NCBI GenBank assembly: GCA_039808765.1 | Contig: JBDHTQ010000009.1 | Span: forward strand, 963-64,962 | Direction of reading: 5' to 3' | Length of the DNA: 64,000 nucleotides | DNA from: Bdellovibrionales bacterium | GTDB taxonomy: Bacteria; Pseudomonadota; Alphaproteobacteria; UBA2400 | Shown here: positions 1 through 9,006 of the stretch, piece after piece | How the letters are laid out: the number at the start of each line of letters is the position of its first letter | Numbering within the stretch: the first letter of the stretch is position 1 | Notes under the pieces: model-generated | The model's input: the letters and a program-made list of their open reading frames with translations, nothing else | Told to the model about the DNA's origin: nothing | Databases searched by the model: none | Made by a program: the position numbers and the translations under genes

Positions 1-390
1 TTCGGCCGGATCATCAACGTGATGAATTTTGAGCGGTGTTTTTTTAAGGTTTAAGTATGATGTTTTGTGGTCGTCGTTGGCATGGAGAATTTCATGATAA
101 AAGCGGTCCACCATTTCGCTCTGGTCAAGCTGTAGAAAAGTGGCGTAAGCCGCAATAAAGCCCTTTGCATAAACGACTGGCGGTAAGGCATCAAACTGTC
201 CGCCTTCGATTGCTTCAAGATGTTTCATTTGAATGTGTATCGTATTTGATACCTCTTTTAAGCTATAACCTTGTAAAATGCGCGCGTTACGCAGCGCCAT
301 GGCAACCGATTCAATATGTGGGGATTGCAAGCCGCCACGAGGTGGGGGTGAGTCTTGTGTGAAGCTTTTAAAGCGCCCAAAATTTGCCAT
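1..390 (-). CDS. Helix-turn-helix (XRE-type) protein, RodZ-like; N-terminal part, runs off the window edge
   Basis: I translated the reverse complement of 390..1 by hand and found an open frame with no stops: MANFGRFKSF...LRNARILQGYSLKEVSNTIHIQMKHLEAIEGGQFDALPPVVYAKGFIAAYA. This is a typical RodZ/XRE HTH followed by the conserved YAKGF segment. It is absent from the ORF track, probably because it is edge-truncated. Confidence 0.55.
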   Translation of the reverse strand, partial: MANFGRFKSFTQDSPPPRGGLQSPHIESVAMALRNARILQGYSLKEVSNTIHIQMKHLEAIEGGQFDALPPVVYAKGFIAAYATFLQLDQSEMVDRFYHEILHANDDHKTSYLNLKKTPLKIHHVDDPAE

Positions 391-599
391 CTTTAAATCC
401 ATCTGGTTAAAGCAAAACATCCCTTAGCCCGTGCCGGAAGTTTTTATGCATAAAGGGGTTCGGCTTGATTTATGATCCATCAGTAGCAGATTTGTGCTTG
501 AGGGGGCAAGGCCGAATCGCAGTGCATGCACCTTGCACAGTGCGGCTATGTATAAGGAATATGAAGAATATTTATTGACGAAGGGTGGCCTCGCGCTTC

Positions 600-1625
600 T
601 TAAAGGACGTTTGCGCGCGTTCTTAAGAGCGCATTGGCTTGTGCTAAAAGCTCGTCAATGATGTCTTGTACTGGCTGTTCTTTGCGTACCAAACCAACGC
701 TTTGTCCGGCCATGATTGAGCCGGTTTCTACATCGCCCTCAATTACTGCTCGACGCAAAGCGCCTGCCCAGAAATGCTCGATTTCAAGCTGTGCTTCCTT
801 CTGGTCAATCAAGCCCTCGTCGAATCGTTGAATCACCTCACGCTGTTTTTCCATAAAACGTCGAGTCCCCTCGTTTTGCAAGGCGCGCACCGGAATGACA
901 GGAAAGCGTGGGTCCAACTGCGGGGAGGGTACCGCGTCACGGGCGCTCGCACGAATAAATGCCTTTTTGAAGTTAGGGTGGGCGATACTTTCTGTTGCGC
1001 AAACGAATCGGGTGCCCAGCTGAATCCCTGCTGCGCCCATTTCAAGATAGCTTACCAGCGCTTCGCCGCGCCCGATGCCACCCGCTACAAAAACCGGAAC
1101 ATTTTGAATTTCAGGGAGAATTTCCTGCGCCAAGACAGAGGTCGCCACCGGTCCGATGTGCCCGCCTGCCTCCATTCCTTCAATCACGATGGCATGGGCA
1201 CCTTGGCGAATCAGTCGCTTGGCCACAATCGCCGATGAGGCAAAACACAAAATTTTTGCGCCTGTCGCTTTGGCGTGCTGCATTGCCTCGCCGCTGGGCA
1301 AGCCACCTGCAAGAACGATATGGCTTACTTTTTCTTCACCACACACGGCGATCAAGGCTAAAAGGTCAGGGTGCATGGTGATGAGATTAACCCCAAAGGG
1401 GTTTTGGGTGAGGGCTTGAGTCGCTCTAATTTCGCTGCGTAAGATGTCAGCAGGCATTGATCCTGACGCTAAAACCCCGAAACCTCCCGCATTGGAGATC
1501 GCTGCAACAAGGTTTCTTTCTGAAACCCATGTCATCCCGCCGCCTAAAATAGCTGTTTTTGTTCCCAAAAAGTCGCAACCGCGCTTCATTAGGGCTGTTA
1601 GGGAGGGGGCTATGGGGGGGTGCAT
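600..1625 (-). CDS. Nitronate monooxygenase / 2-nitropropane dioxygenase family flavoprotein (FabK-like)
   Basis: 341-aa ORF with a TIM-barrel FMN-binding pattern (GGMTWVS, GAGGFGVLASG, IVIEGMEAGGHIG, GGIGRGE). An AAGGAA SD lies about 10 nt upstream of the ATG at 1625. Confidence 0.75.
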   Translation of the reverse strand: MHPPIAPSLTALMKRGCDFLGTKTAILGGGMTWVSERNLVAAISNAGGFGVLASGSMPADILRSEIRATQALTQNPFGVNLITMHPDLLALIAVCGEEKVSHIVLAGGLPSGEAMQHAKATGAKILCFASSAIVAKRLIRQGAHAIVIEGMEAGGHIGPVATSVLAQEILPEIQNVPVFVAGGIGRGEALVSYLEMGAAGIQLGTRFVCATESIAHPNFKKAFIRASARDAVPSPQLDPRFPVIPVRALQNEGTRRFMEKQREVIQRFDEGLIDQKEAQLEIEHFWAGALRRAVIEGDVETGSIMAGQSVGLVRKEQPVQDIIDELLAQANALLRTRANVL

Positions 1626-1719
1626 TGCTAAATATTTCCTTCTGCTTGTTCTTATGACGAATTTGGGGGGGGAATGTCAATCTTGCCTCGCGTGAAAAGA
1701 CAGGGCATAGTGCAAAATT

Positions 1720-2448
1720 ATGACGCATGATGCTTTTCGCACGACAATCGACTCTGATGAGATCGCTCATTTTGCCACACTTGAACAGGATTGGTGGAAT
1801 GAGCGCGGCCCGTTAAAAGCATTGCATCATTTGGTGCCGCCGCGGATTGAATTTATAAAATCGAGTGTTTTAAATGGGTTGGGTCGACGTGACGTGCGCG
1901 GATTAACATGTCTTGATGTGGGCTGCGGCGGCGGTTTGCTGGCCGAACCACTCGCGCGGCTCGGTGCTGATGTCACTGGCATTGATGCTTCTCCTCAGGC
2001 GATTGCCGCTGCGCGTGCGCATGCCCAACAATCTGATCTTGCTGTTCATTACGAAGAATCGTCGATCGAGGATTTTAAAGGCAAAAAACGTTTTGATCTG
2101 GTTATTGCATCTGAAATTATTGAACATGTGGCCGATCCCGCTCTGTTTATTGATCATCTGTGCAAAAAACTTGCAGATAACGGCATTTTGGTGATGACCA
2201 CACTTAACCGCACACTCAAGTCCAAGATTTTAGCCGTTTGGATGGCGCAAAAAGTCCTGCGCATTGCGCCTACCGATCTTCATGATTGGAACAAGTTTCT
2301 AAAACCCTCTGAGATTGCTGAGTTTTTGCGCAAAAACGGCCTCTCTATCAAAGAGATAAAGGGCCTGCGGTATAACCCCTTTACAGGCAGTGCGACAATG
2401 CATGCCAGCGATTTTGATATCAATTATTTGATTTGGGCGCAAAAATAA
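1720..2448 (+). CDS. ubiG: Bifunctional 3-demethylubiquinone / 2-polyprenyl-6-hydroxyphenol O-methyltransferase
   Basis: 242 aa. Carries a class I SAM motif (LDVGCGGGLLAEPLARLGADVTGIDAS) and the overall UbiG pattern (DLVIASEIIEHV). Confidence 0.85.
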   Translation: MTHDAFRTTIDSDEIAHFATLEQDWWNERGPLKALHHLVPPRIEFIKSSVLNGLGRRDVRGLTCLDVGCGGGLLAEPLARLGADVTGIDASPQAIAAARAHAQQSDLAVHYEESSIEDFKGKKRFDLVIASEIIEHVADPALFIDHLCKKLADNGILVMTTLNRTLKSKILAVWMAQKVLRIAPTDLHDWNKFLKPSEIAEFLRKNGLSIKEIKGLRYNPFTGSATMHASDFDINYLIWAQK

Positions 2449-2468
2449 ACACGTTAGATCAATACGAA

Positions 2469-3749
2469 TTAGGGATCTACTTTCGTCTCGAAACCGCAGA
2501 GTTGAGCAAAAGTCTGGCCTCGCGATTGATAATCTCTAAACTGGCCAAAACTTGGTGATGCAGGGGATAGCAAAACCACGCCTCCCTTCGGTGTTAGAGA
2601 GATTGCGCGTTTAACAACGGTGGTAAAGTCCGCTTCATATAAAACGGGAAACGTAACGTGGGCATGCAAAGATTCAAACAACCTCGCTCCACTCGCTCCC
2701 GTACAAACAACCCCTGACATAGGGGCCTGATGGGTTATCATGTAATCGACCAATTCAGAAAAATCGAGGCCGCGGTCAAACCCGCCCGCAATTAAAGTGC
2801 AGGGGCGGGGGTGATAAACTTTTAGCGCCATAATGGCCGACTGCACTGTGGTTGAGATGCTGTCATCTACATACAGAATGCCAGCACGTTCGCCTAAATC
2901 TTTTTGCCTGTGCGCAACCCCCTCAAAACCCTGCATGGCTTGTATGCTTTGTGTAGGAGAAAAACCCAGTTCTGCCAAAACTGTTATGACCGCACTAACA
3001 TTCGCGCGGTTATGTTCGCGCATGAGATAAGGTGAAAGCGCGTACTGACTCGCCTCAGCGGTATCATAAAAAATACATGAGGGGGGAAGTGCAAACGGGG
3101 CGCGTTCAAGCACGCTGCGATGCACGTAGGTTTTTGGAGCGTGATTAAGCAATGCCAATTTGTCGCGATAGTAGGTTGTTTCATCGCCATGCCACGGCAA
3201 GTGATCAGGAAAAAGCGAGGTAACAAGTGCAATATCTAACGTTCCATCAAAATCAGCGGTCTGGTAACTCGATAATTCTAAAACGATATATTCTGCGCGT
3301 TGATTTAAGGCTGCTGTAACCGGCGTTCCGATGTTTCCCAGCAGCAGCACATCTTTGCCTAAATTGCTTAAGCAGTGCGCCAGGAGAGAGCATGTTGTTG
3401 TTTTGCCTTTGCTACCGGTTATGCCGATGGTGAAAGCTGTGTCATTGCGCATTTTAAACCATACGTTGAGCAGGGAGGTAACGTGTCCCCCACGTGCTTT
3501 AAAATCTTTTAAAGCCTTGTGATAAAGGCTGACACCGGGAGATTTAATTAATACATCACTTGACTTTAACGCTGCTGCAATGTTTTCGTCTCCCCGTACA
3601 ACCGGATGTCCGTTTAGTGTTGTAGGTCCCGCTTGCTCTTCATCAAGGAAAATATAATTCAGTTCATGGCAGAGGGCGGCAGCGGCTTGTCCTTCCTTTC
3701 CTAAACCCCAGATGGCAATGTTTTTGTTCCGCCATTCATTTAGTGGCAT
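2469..3749 (-). CDS. MurD-like Mur ligase (candidate MurD2, UDP-MurNAc-L-Ala:L-Glu ligase)
   Basis: 426 aa. N-terminal Rossmann-like domain (IAIWGLGKEGQAAA) followed by the Mur ligase P-loop GITGSKGKTTT, the same domain order as MurD. It is not in a dcw-type context; it sits 6 nt downstream of the PP-loop gene and is co-directional with it. Confidence 0.7.
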   Translation of the reverse strand: MPLNEWRNKNIAIWGLGKEGQAAAALCHELNYIFLDEEQAGPTTLNGHPVVRGDENIAAALKSSDVLIKSPGVSLYHKALKDFKARGGHVTSLLNVWFKMRNDTAFTIGITGSKGKTTTCSLLAHCLSNLGKDVLLLGNIGTPVTAALNQRAEYIVLELSSYQTADFDGTLDIALVTSLFPDHLPWHGDETTYYRDKLALLNHAPKTYVHRSVLERAPFALPPSCIFYDTAEASQYALSPYLMREHNRANVSAVITVLAELGFSPTQSIQAMQGFEGVAHRQKDLGERAGILYVDDSISTTVQSAIMALKVYHPRPCTLIAGGFDRGLDFSELVDYMITHQAPMSGVVCTGASGARLFESLHAHVTFPVLYEADFTTVVKRAISLTPKGGVVLLSPASPSFGQFRDYQSRGQTFAQLCGFETKVDP

Positions 3750-5110
3750 GGTTGACTCTCTTGAAGGTAACGAAGGTAGGGTTCAGCGACGTTATGGGGC
3801 GCCTTAAGATCAAAAAGACTTTTCCATACGGCGGGATCAAATGTAACGGAAGGGGCTAATGCTTTGATGACCAGGCAGGATTTCCATTCTTCTTTTAATG
3901 CAAGATAGGCTAATAATTGTTGACTTTCTTGCAAGGTTCCTACGCACTCAAAAGGTTTAGACGCCGCTATACCAAGCAGTGCGCTAAAGTCATTAATTTG
4001 GTCTGCATCATCCAAAAGGTTGCGGCCAAAAATTTCAACTAGGCTCTCTTTATCAATAAAAGCTGCGAGCGAAAGAAAAACATACTGACACTTGGGGCAA
4101 TGACAACACCAATGGGAAAGGCGATTATGTGCCTGTACTTTCATTGTTTTGTTGCAGCTCATAAAAACTGAATGATAGTGGGGATCACGGGAAAAGCGCT
4201 CGACAATAGCTGTCTCGCTTAAGGGGCGCAAAAGAGAAAAAAGTTTGATGTTGGGGCTGATCATGGTGGTGATTATGTTTTGCAGCGCCATTTCCATTTC
4301 AAACGACTTGCTATACTGGTGATTGATCACACGATCACCAATCATCATGTTGCCTTCGCTCGCTGAATGCTCGTTTGAAAAAACAATCGTGGTAAAATCA
4401 TATAAAATGGCACATGCAACGGTGATAGATGATAAAATGGCGGTAATGGGAACATGTCCATTATAAGCGCCTTTTTGTTCGTTTAAGATAAACAGGGCGG
4501 GATCAATGTGGCGTTGACATTTGATAACATCAAGGGTGGTCTCTTTCACGACGCGCGTTATTGTTTCTGCATTGCCGGATTGAAAAAGAACGACTTGCTC
4601 GTTATTTTTTTTGAGTAAATCCAGTGTAACAAGTGAATCTTTTCCTCCTCCCATGGGCACCAAATGACGATGTGATAAAGTCAAAACCTGAGGATTAAAG
4701 CGCGCGTTTTTATCAAACTCAAAACGAAAAAAATCGACAATATCAAGTTTGTTTTGTACTGAAAATTCGCCTAGCCCGGCAACATAGACAGTTTGTAGAA
4801 AATCGGCGAGATCAACAGGCAATGTAAACGCCTCACAGCGTAAACGTGGTGCAAGCCAAGCTTTAAAATAGCTAATCCCTGAGAGTAAAAAGATTAATCG
4901 AAACGCTTGATCCAATGCTGTTTCCGCCGCGTGAGTGAGGTGGGGGAGAGGCAAGGGGAACTGAATTTTTTCACAAAATTGATCGCCATTCGCATAGCGA
5001 TAATGCAAAGAGAGCACGCCTGAAGCATAATCAAAATTATAGGACTCAAAAATAAAGTCGGCTAAATTGTCAGGTTGAGTAAACGTGGAAGCATCAATAA
5101 CCATCGTCAT
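3740..5110 (-). CDS. PP-loop (SGGxDS-like) ATP-pyrophosphatase family protein of unknown function; candidate MurL-type epimerase
   Basis: The ORF is open up to 5197, but ATG codons at 5110 and 5104 give ATGA overlap with the comF stop, so I take 5110 as the probable start. It contains a VPMGGGKDSLVTL PP-loop-like motif and C-terminal Cys pairs (CCHCPKC). It is tightly coupled to the MurD-like gene downstream. Confidence 0.55.
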   Translation of the reverse strand: MTMVIDASTFTQPDNLADFIFESYNFDYASGVLSLHYRYANGDQFCEKIQFPLPLPHLTHAAETALDQAFRLIFLLSGISYFKAWLAPRLRCEAFTLPVDLADFLQTVYVAGLGEFSVQNKLDIVDFFRFEFDKNARFNPQVLTLSHRHLVPMGGGKDSLVTLDLLKKNNEQVVLFQSGNAETITRVVKETTLDVIKCQRHIDPALFILNEQKGAYNGHVPITAILSSITVACAILYDFTTIVFSNEHSASEGNMMIGDRVINHQYSKSFEMEMALQNIITTMISPNIKLFSLLRPLSETAIVERFSRDPHYHSVFMSCNKTMKVQAHNRLSHWCCHCPKCQYVFLSLAAFIDKESLVEIFGRNLLDDADQINDFSALLGIAASKPFECVGTLQESQQLLAYLALKEEWKSCLVIKALAPSVTFDPAVWKSLFDLKAPHNVAEPYLRYLQESQPCH

Positions 5111-5835
5111 GATGAAACGTCCTTCGCGTTGATGACCCGTGCCAGTGTTAAAACGCGCACCTCGCGCGCGCCATTTTGCAGCAAACAATGGGCGCAAGTT
5201 TCCAGCGTGGCGCCTGTGGTATATACATCATCAATCAACAGAATGCATTGATTTTTTACCTGTTCTGGCGCGCAGGCAAAGGCAGAGTGTAAATTTTTTC
5301 GCCGCTTTTGGGCATCCAAACCAACTTGAGGCCGTGTATGACGCGCCCGTCTTAAAGCAAAGAGTGCAACGGGTTTGTGGTAAGCTTTTCCTATCGTTTG
5401 AGCAAGCAGGGCCGCTTGATTATATGTCCGCCGCCATAATCGCCACCGATGCATTGGCACGGGTACAACAAGGGATACATCCTCTATTAACGGTTTTGCT
5501 ACGCGCACTAACCAAGGTTCAAAGAGTGGTAAAAGATGGATTTGGTCGTGGTATTTAAAGAGCGAGATAAGCCTTCTGCTGGCATCGTCATAGCGTAATG
5601 CAGCCCGGGCCAACGTAAAAGGATAAGATCCCTGCACGCAGTGGGCGCATAGCATTTCATCACCGCTTGAAAATTCGAAAGGTAATCCGCACTGCATGCA
5701 GAAGGGTTTGTCAATAAAACTGAGTGTCTGCCAGCATTGAGCACATAACATGTGAGATTGTGTGCTTGGCCTGCGGCATCCCGCACACAGCGGGGGTAAA
5801 ATAAAATCAATGAGGGGTGTGAAAATTTTTCCCAT
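5107..5835 (-). CDS. comF: ComF-family protein (phosphoribosyltransferase domain with N-terminal zinc-ribbon)
   Basis: 242 aa. N-terminal CxxC...CxxC pairs and a C-terminal PRTase motif (ILLIDDVYTTGATL). Its stop overlaps the next gene's start as ATGA. Confidence 0.75.
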   Translation of the reverse strand: MGKIFTPLIDFILPPLCAGCRRPSTQSHMLCAQCWQTLSFIDKPFCMQCGLPFEFSSGDEMLCAHCVQGSYPFTLARAALRYDDASRRLISLFKYHDQIHLLPLFEPWLVRVAKPLIEDVSLVVPVPMHRWRLWRRTYNQAALLAQTIGKAYHKPVALFALRRARHTRPQVGLDAQKRRKNLHSAFACAPEQVKNQCILLIDDVYTTGATLETCAHCLLQNGAREVRVLTLARVINAKDVSS

Positions 5836-5879
5836 ATTTCCTTGTCGCCCAAATTTAAAAAATATACAATATTACGCTG

Positions 5880-6743
5880 ATGATGCCCGTACCGAACGCT
5901 GACGTTTTTGACCTCGCCCTTTTGCGCGCTCGACGTGTTCGTGCGGCTGAAAATTTTAAAGCTTTTGATTTTATCTATCAGCGTGCACAAGAGATCATTA
6001 TTGACGGGTGTAAAGGTATTAAACGCACGTTTCCACGGGTTGCGCTTTCCGGTATGGCTAATGAGGATATCGCTCTTTTTTTACGGCATGAAAAAGGAGC
6101 CAGTGACGTTGTTGTGCTTGATCTTCTTGACCCCGAAACGCAAATTCTCGCTCAAGATTATGACCTGATCGTCAGCCTTTTTGATTTGCAGTGGAGTAAT
6201 CATTTACCCCAGTTAATGCAAGTTATTCATTACATGCTTAAAACCGACGGCCTTTTTATGGCGTGCTTTGCGGGGGGGCAGACATTAATGGAATTGCGTC
6301 AAGCCTTAGCTATCGCCGAAGAAGAAATGTATGGTGGAATCAGCCCGCGCGTATCCCCCATGATTGATGTGCAAGCCGCTGCACAGCTGTTGTATGCCAC
6401 AGGATTTTCTTTACCAGTCGCCGATGTGGAAGTGGTGCAGGTCGATTATCAAAATCCTTTAACCCTTTTGCATGATTTGAAAGGAATGGGAGCCACTAAC
6501 GTGATGCATCGCCGTAGTCAAAGGCCGATGACGCGCGGGTTTAGGGATCGTGCGTTACAACATTATCGCACACATTTCGCCTCGGGGGCAGCCCATGCAA
6601 ACGGTGCTGTTGCCACCTTTGAGCTTATTTCATTGCTGGGGTGGGCGCCCCATCCCGATCAACCTCAGCCTTTGGCGCGTGGAAGCGGTGCAAAAAGCCT
6701 GCGCGAGGCATTAAATCCACAAAAAACAGCCAAATCATCATAA
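5880..6743 (+). CDS. SAM-dependent methyltransferase-like protein (conserved alphaproteobacterial family, often found divergent from comF)
   Basis: 287-aa ORF with a methyltransferase-fold-like central region (DVVVLDLLDPE...DLIVSLFDLQW). The glycine-rich motif is degenerate. Confidence 0.5.
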   Translation: MMPVPNADVFDLALLRARRVRAAENFKAFDFIYQRAQEIIIDGCKGIKRTFPRVALSGMANEDIALFLRHEKGASDVVVLDLLDPETQILAQDYDLIVSLFDLQWSNHLPQLMQVIHYMLKTDGLFMACFAGGQTLMELRQALAIAEEEMYGGISPRVSPMIDVQAAAQLLYATGFSLPVADVEVVQVDYQNPLTLLHDLKGMGATNVMHRRSQRPMTRGFRDRALQHYRTHFASGAAHANGAVATFELISLLGWAPHPDQPQPLARGSGAKSLREALNPQKTAKSS

Positions 6744-6798
6744 AAACAGTTACCTCCCTTTAACACTTTTGTTATTAACTTGTTGTTGGAGAGATAAA

Positions 6799-7740
6799 AT
6801 GTCTGAAAAACCCCCTGCCGCCGAAAAAGCTCCCGTTGCCGAAACTGCGCCTGCAGTTATGGACTATCGCGATCTGCCTTTTCAGGTGCCGGATGAGATT
6901 TTTGAGGGCATTGTCGAAAAATACACCCGCGACATCACAAAGCTGGCCAGCATGAATCGTTTTGACCCTGTGGTTGGGCGTGATCGCGAGGTGGATGAGC
7001 TGATCACCATTCTGCTACAACGCGGTCGCTCTAATGCTGTTTTACTTGGTCCTGCGGGGGTTGGTAAAACGGCGCTTTTTATCGCGTTGGCGCAAACAAT
7101 TGTTTCGGGCAAAGTGCCCAAGATTTTAAAGGGATCACGTATTATTGAAGCTGAGCTTTCAACCTTTGCTGCGGGAACGGCTTCGCGCGGTGAATTCGAA
7201 GGCCGTCTCATTCCGTTTTTAAAGGGGGTGGCCGAGCGCAATGCGTCCAAAAAATCCCCGCCCATCATTATTTGTATTGATGAGTTGCACACAATCATGC
7301 CCACCTGTCATGCTACTGCTGCATCCGGGATGTCTGATATTATGAAACCTTATCTAACTGCGGGCGATTTACAGCTGGTGGGTGCAACAACGCGAGATGA
7401 ATTTAATCAGTTTATTCGACCCGATGCGGCTATGGATCGGCGCTTTCAAAAAGTAATTGTCGATGAGCCCAGTATTGATAATACCATCCACATCATCAAA
7501 AAAATTAAACCGAAATACGAAGCGCACTTTGGGTTGGTGATCAGTGATGAAATTTGTGAGCGTATGGTAAAGGTTGCGACCAAATATTTGCGCAAGCAAA
7601 ATAACCCCGATAAATCGATTGTCACGCTTGATCAGGCATGTGCCCATGCAATTAAATCGGGTCATGAAGAGCTGACGTGGGAATCTATTGCCACCACCAT
7701 TGGCACACAAATTGGTGTAGTGCCCAGTGCTATTGAGTAG
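6799..7740 (+). CDS. Stand-alone AAA+ ATPase corresponding to the ClpA/ClpB D1 nucleotide-binding domain only
   Basis: The translation matches Clp D1 motif by motif: GRDREVDELITILLQRGRSNAVLLGPAGVGKTA (Walker A), IIICIDELHT (Walker B), GATTRDEF, MDRRFQKVIVDEPS, PDKSIVTLDQA. There is no N-domain, middle domain or D2. The ORF opens at 6769; the ATG at 6799 (MSEKPP) is the likely start. Confidence 0.7.
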   Translation: MSEKPPAAEKAPVAETAPAVMDYRDLPFQVPDEIFEGIVEKYTRDITKLASMNRFDPVVGRDREVDELITILLQRGRSNAVLLGPAGVGKTALFIALAQTIVSGKVPKILKGSRIIEAELSTFAAGTASRGEFEGRLIPFLKGVAERNASKKSPPIIICIDELHTIMPTCHATAASGMSDIMKPYLTAGDLQLVGATTRDEFNQFIRPDAAMDRRFQKVIVDEPSIDNTIHIIKKIKPKYEAHFGLVISDEICERMVKVATKYLRKQNNPDKSIVTLDQACAHAIKSGHEELTWESIATTIGTQIGVVPSAIE

Positions 7741-8188
7741 TTTGCTATTGAGTAGTTTGCTGTTGAACGTTTTTAGAGCAAATTCCAAAATGATGGAATC
7801 GGCGAGAGCATCTTTGACCTTTCTTAAAAAGTGTTAATTTTAATGTCGCTTCGTCGTTAAAGTGCACGTAGAGCCTACTGATGGCGGGAAAAAACGTGCT
7901 ACAAAAAATGTTTTTGTCATTCAAAGCATAATTATATTCAGTTCGGGGGTGTATTCTGCATGCAACTGTATGAAAACAATCAAGTTTGGTGCTAAATAAT
8001 AATTTGTTTAAAATCATATGCTTATGAATGATTAACAGCGCTTTTGCGAAAATGTCGCGATCTTAAGTACTTTGCAAGTTCCCGCTGTTAGTCTAGATTT
8101 ATAAGCGTAAGAAGCGAGGGGGTTCGAAACTCCAAGTTTTGGACGCACTCCCGATTTGTTTACAAACTTTAGATGAGGAGATGCATTA

Positions 8189-8386
8189 ATGGCCTATGCA
8201 CAGCGTTTGGAATCTCTGAAACATCGTCATGACGCAGATGAAGCTGCTTTACATGCAGAGTCACTTCGCCCTGCTCCCGATGGGGACGTCATTCATAAGC
8301 TTAAGCTTCACAAGCTTTGGTTGAGAGACCAAATGACGTTGCTCAGCCAAAAGATGGACGGCGATCGCCAACGAGAGTCTCAATAA
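8189..8386 (+). CDS. DUF465 (YdcH-like) small protein
   Basis: 65 aa, MAYAQRLESLKHRH...LHKLWLRDQM, the typical DUF465 pattern. An SD GAGGAG lies upstream. Confidence 0.6.
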   Translation: MAYAQRLESLKHRHDADEAALHAESLRPAPDGDVIHKLKLHKLWLRDQMTLLSQKMDGDRQRESQ

Positions 8387-8464
8387 AGTGTAAGATCGTT
8401 TCAAGCGTAAGAGCGTTATCCTTCGTTACAATGTAAGTTTTTAAACTAAGAATGTATAAACGAA

Positions 8465-8496
8465 AAGGCGGCCCACAGTGAGGACCGCCTTTTTTG
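8465..8496 (+). terminator. Putative Rho-independent terminator
   Basis: AAGGCGG ...13-nt loop... CCGCCTT stem followed by TTTTTTGTG. It sits between convergent genes. Confidence 0.5.
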
Positions 8497-8524
8497 TGCG
8501 TTCTTTGACAGATTAAGTAAAAGT

Positions 8525-8977
8525 CTATTTCTGGCGTTCTTTTTCGGCTTTTTCGACTTTATTGAAAAAGTATATTAGGCAACCTGCTTGGGCGATAAAA
8601 CCTGTGATTAAGCAGGTAAGAATCGCCTTGACACCAGAAAGCATGTCAAAGTGACTACCAAAAAGCTGGTCCCGGATGATGAGGCCGGTGATAATCGTTG
8701 GTGCTAACGAGAGAAGCAATGTCGGGAAGCCAAAAATAAGCTTTGCCTTTAATGGCGAGGTTGTTCCGGCATGCACATTCTTGAGCATCTTCCTCCCCAT
8801 TTCATAAAGGATATATCCCACGAGCAAAAAGATGAGGGCTTCTGCACCCGCCATCGCAACAATCCCAGGGCCTAAGTTGGGGTTTAATGTTGCTGCAACT
8901 TGCTCTGCGTCTTGAACAGCCTGTGCTGCTTGATCAATAACAACGGTGCTGGAAACAGTGGAAGGTGATGCTGTCAT
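8525..8977 (-). CDS. Hypothetical membrane protein (3-4 predicted TM segments)
   Basis: 150-aa ORF with hydrophobic stretches (IVAMAGAEALIFLLVGYIL, LIFGFPTLLLSLAPTIITGLII, ILTCLITGFIAQAGCLIYFF). Confidence 0.5.
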   Translation of the reverse strand: MTASPSTVSSTVVIDQAAQAVQDAEQVAATLNPNLGPGIVAMAGAEALIFLLVGYILYEMGRKMLKNVHAGTTSPLKAKLIFGFPTLLLSLAPTIITGLIIRDQLFGSHFDMLSGVKAILTCLITGFIAQAGCLIYFFNKVEKAEKERQK

Positions 8978-9006
8978 AAAACGTGTCCTTTCCCTGAATA
9001 TGTAAA

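Noticed and set aside
774-1419. Several plus-strand ORFs (154, 128 and 87 aa)
   Set aside because: They are antisense to the nitronate monooxygenase gene.
7369-8017. Minus-strand ORFs of 139 aa and 90 aa
   Set aside because: One is antisense to the Clp-D1 gene. The other sits in an AT-rich intergenic region, is low-complexity and has no SD.
8112-8135. tRNA-like T-arm sequence GGGGGTTCGAAACTCC
   Set aside because: I could not build the matching acceptor, D or anticodon arms in the flanks. At most it is a relic, and more likely a chance match.
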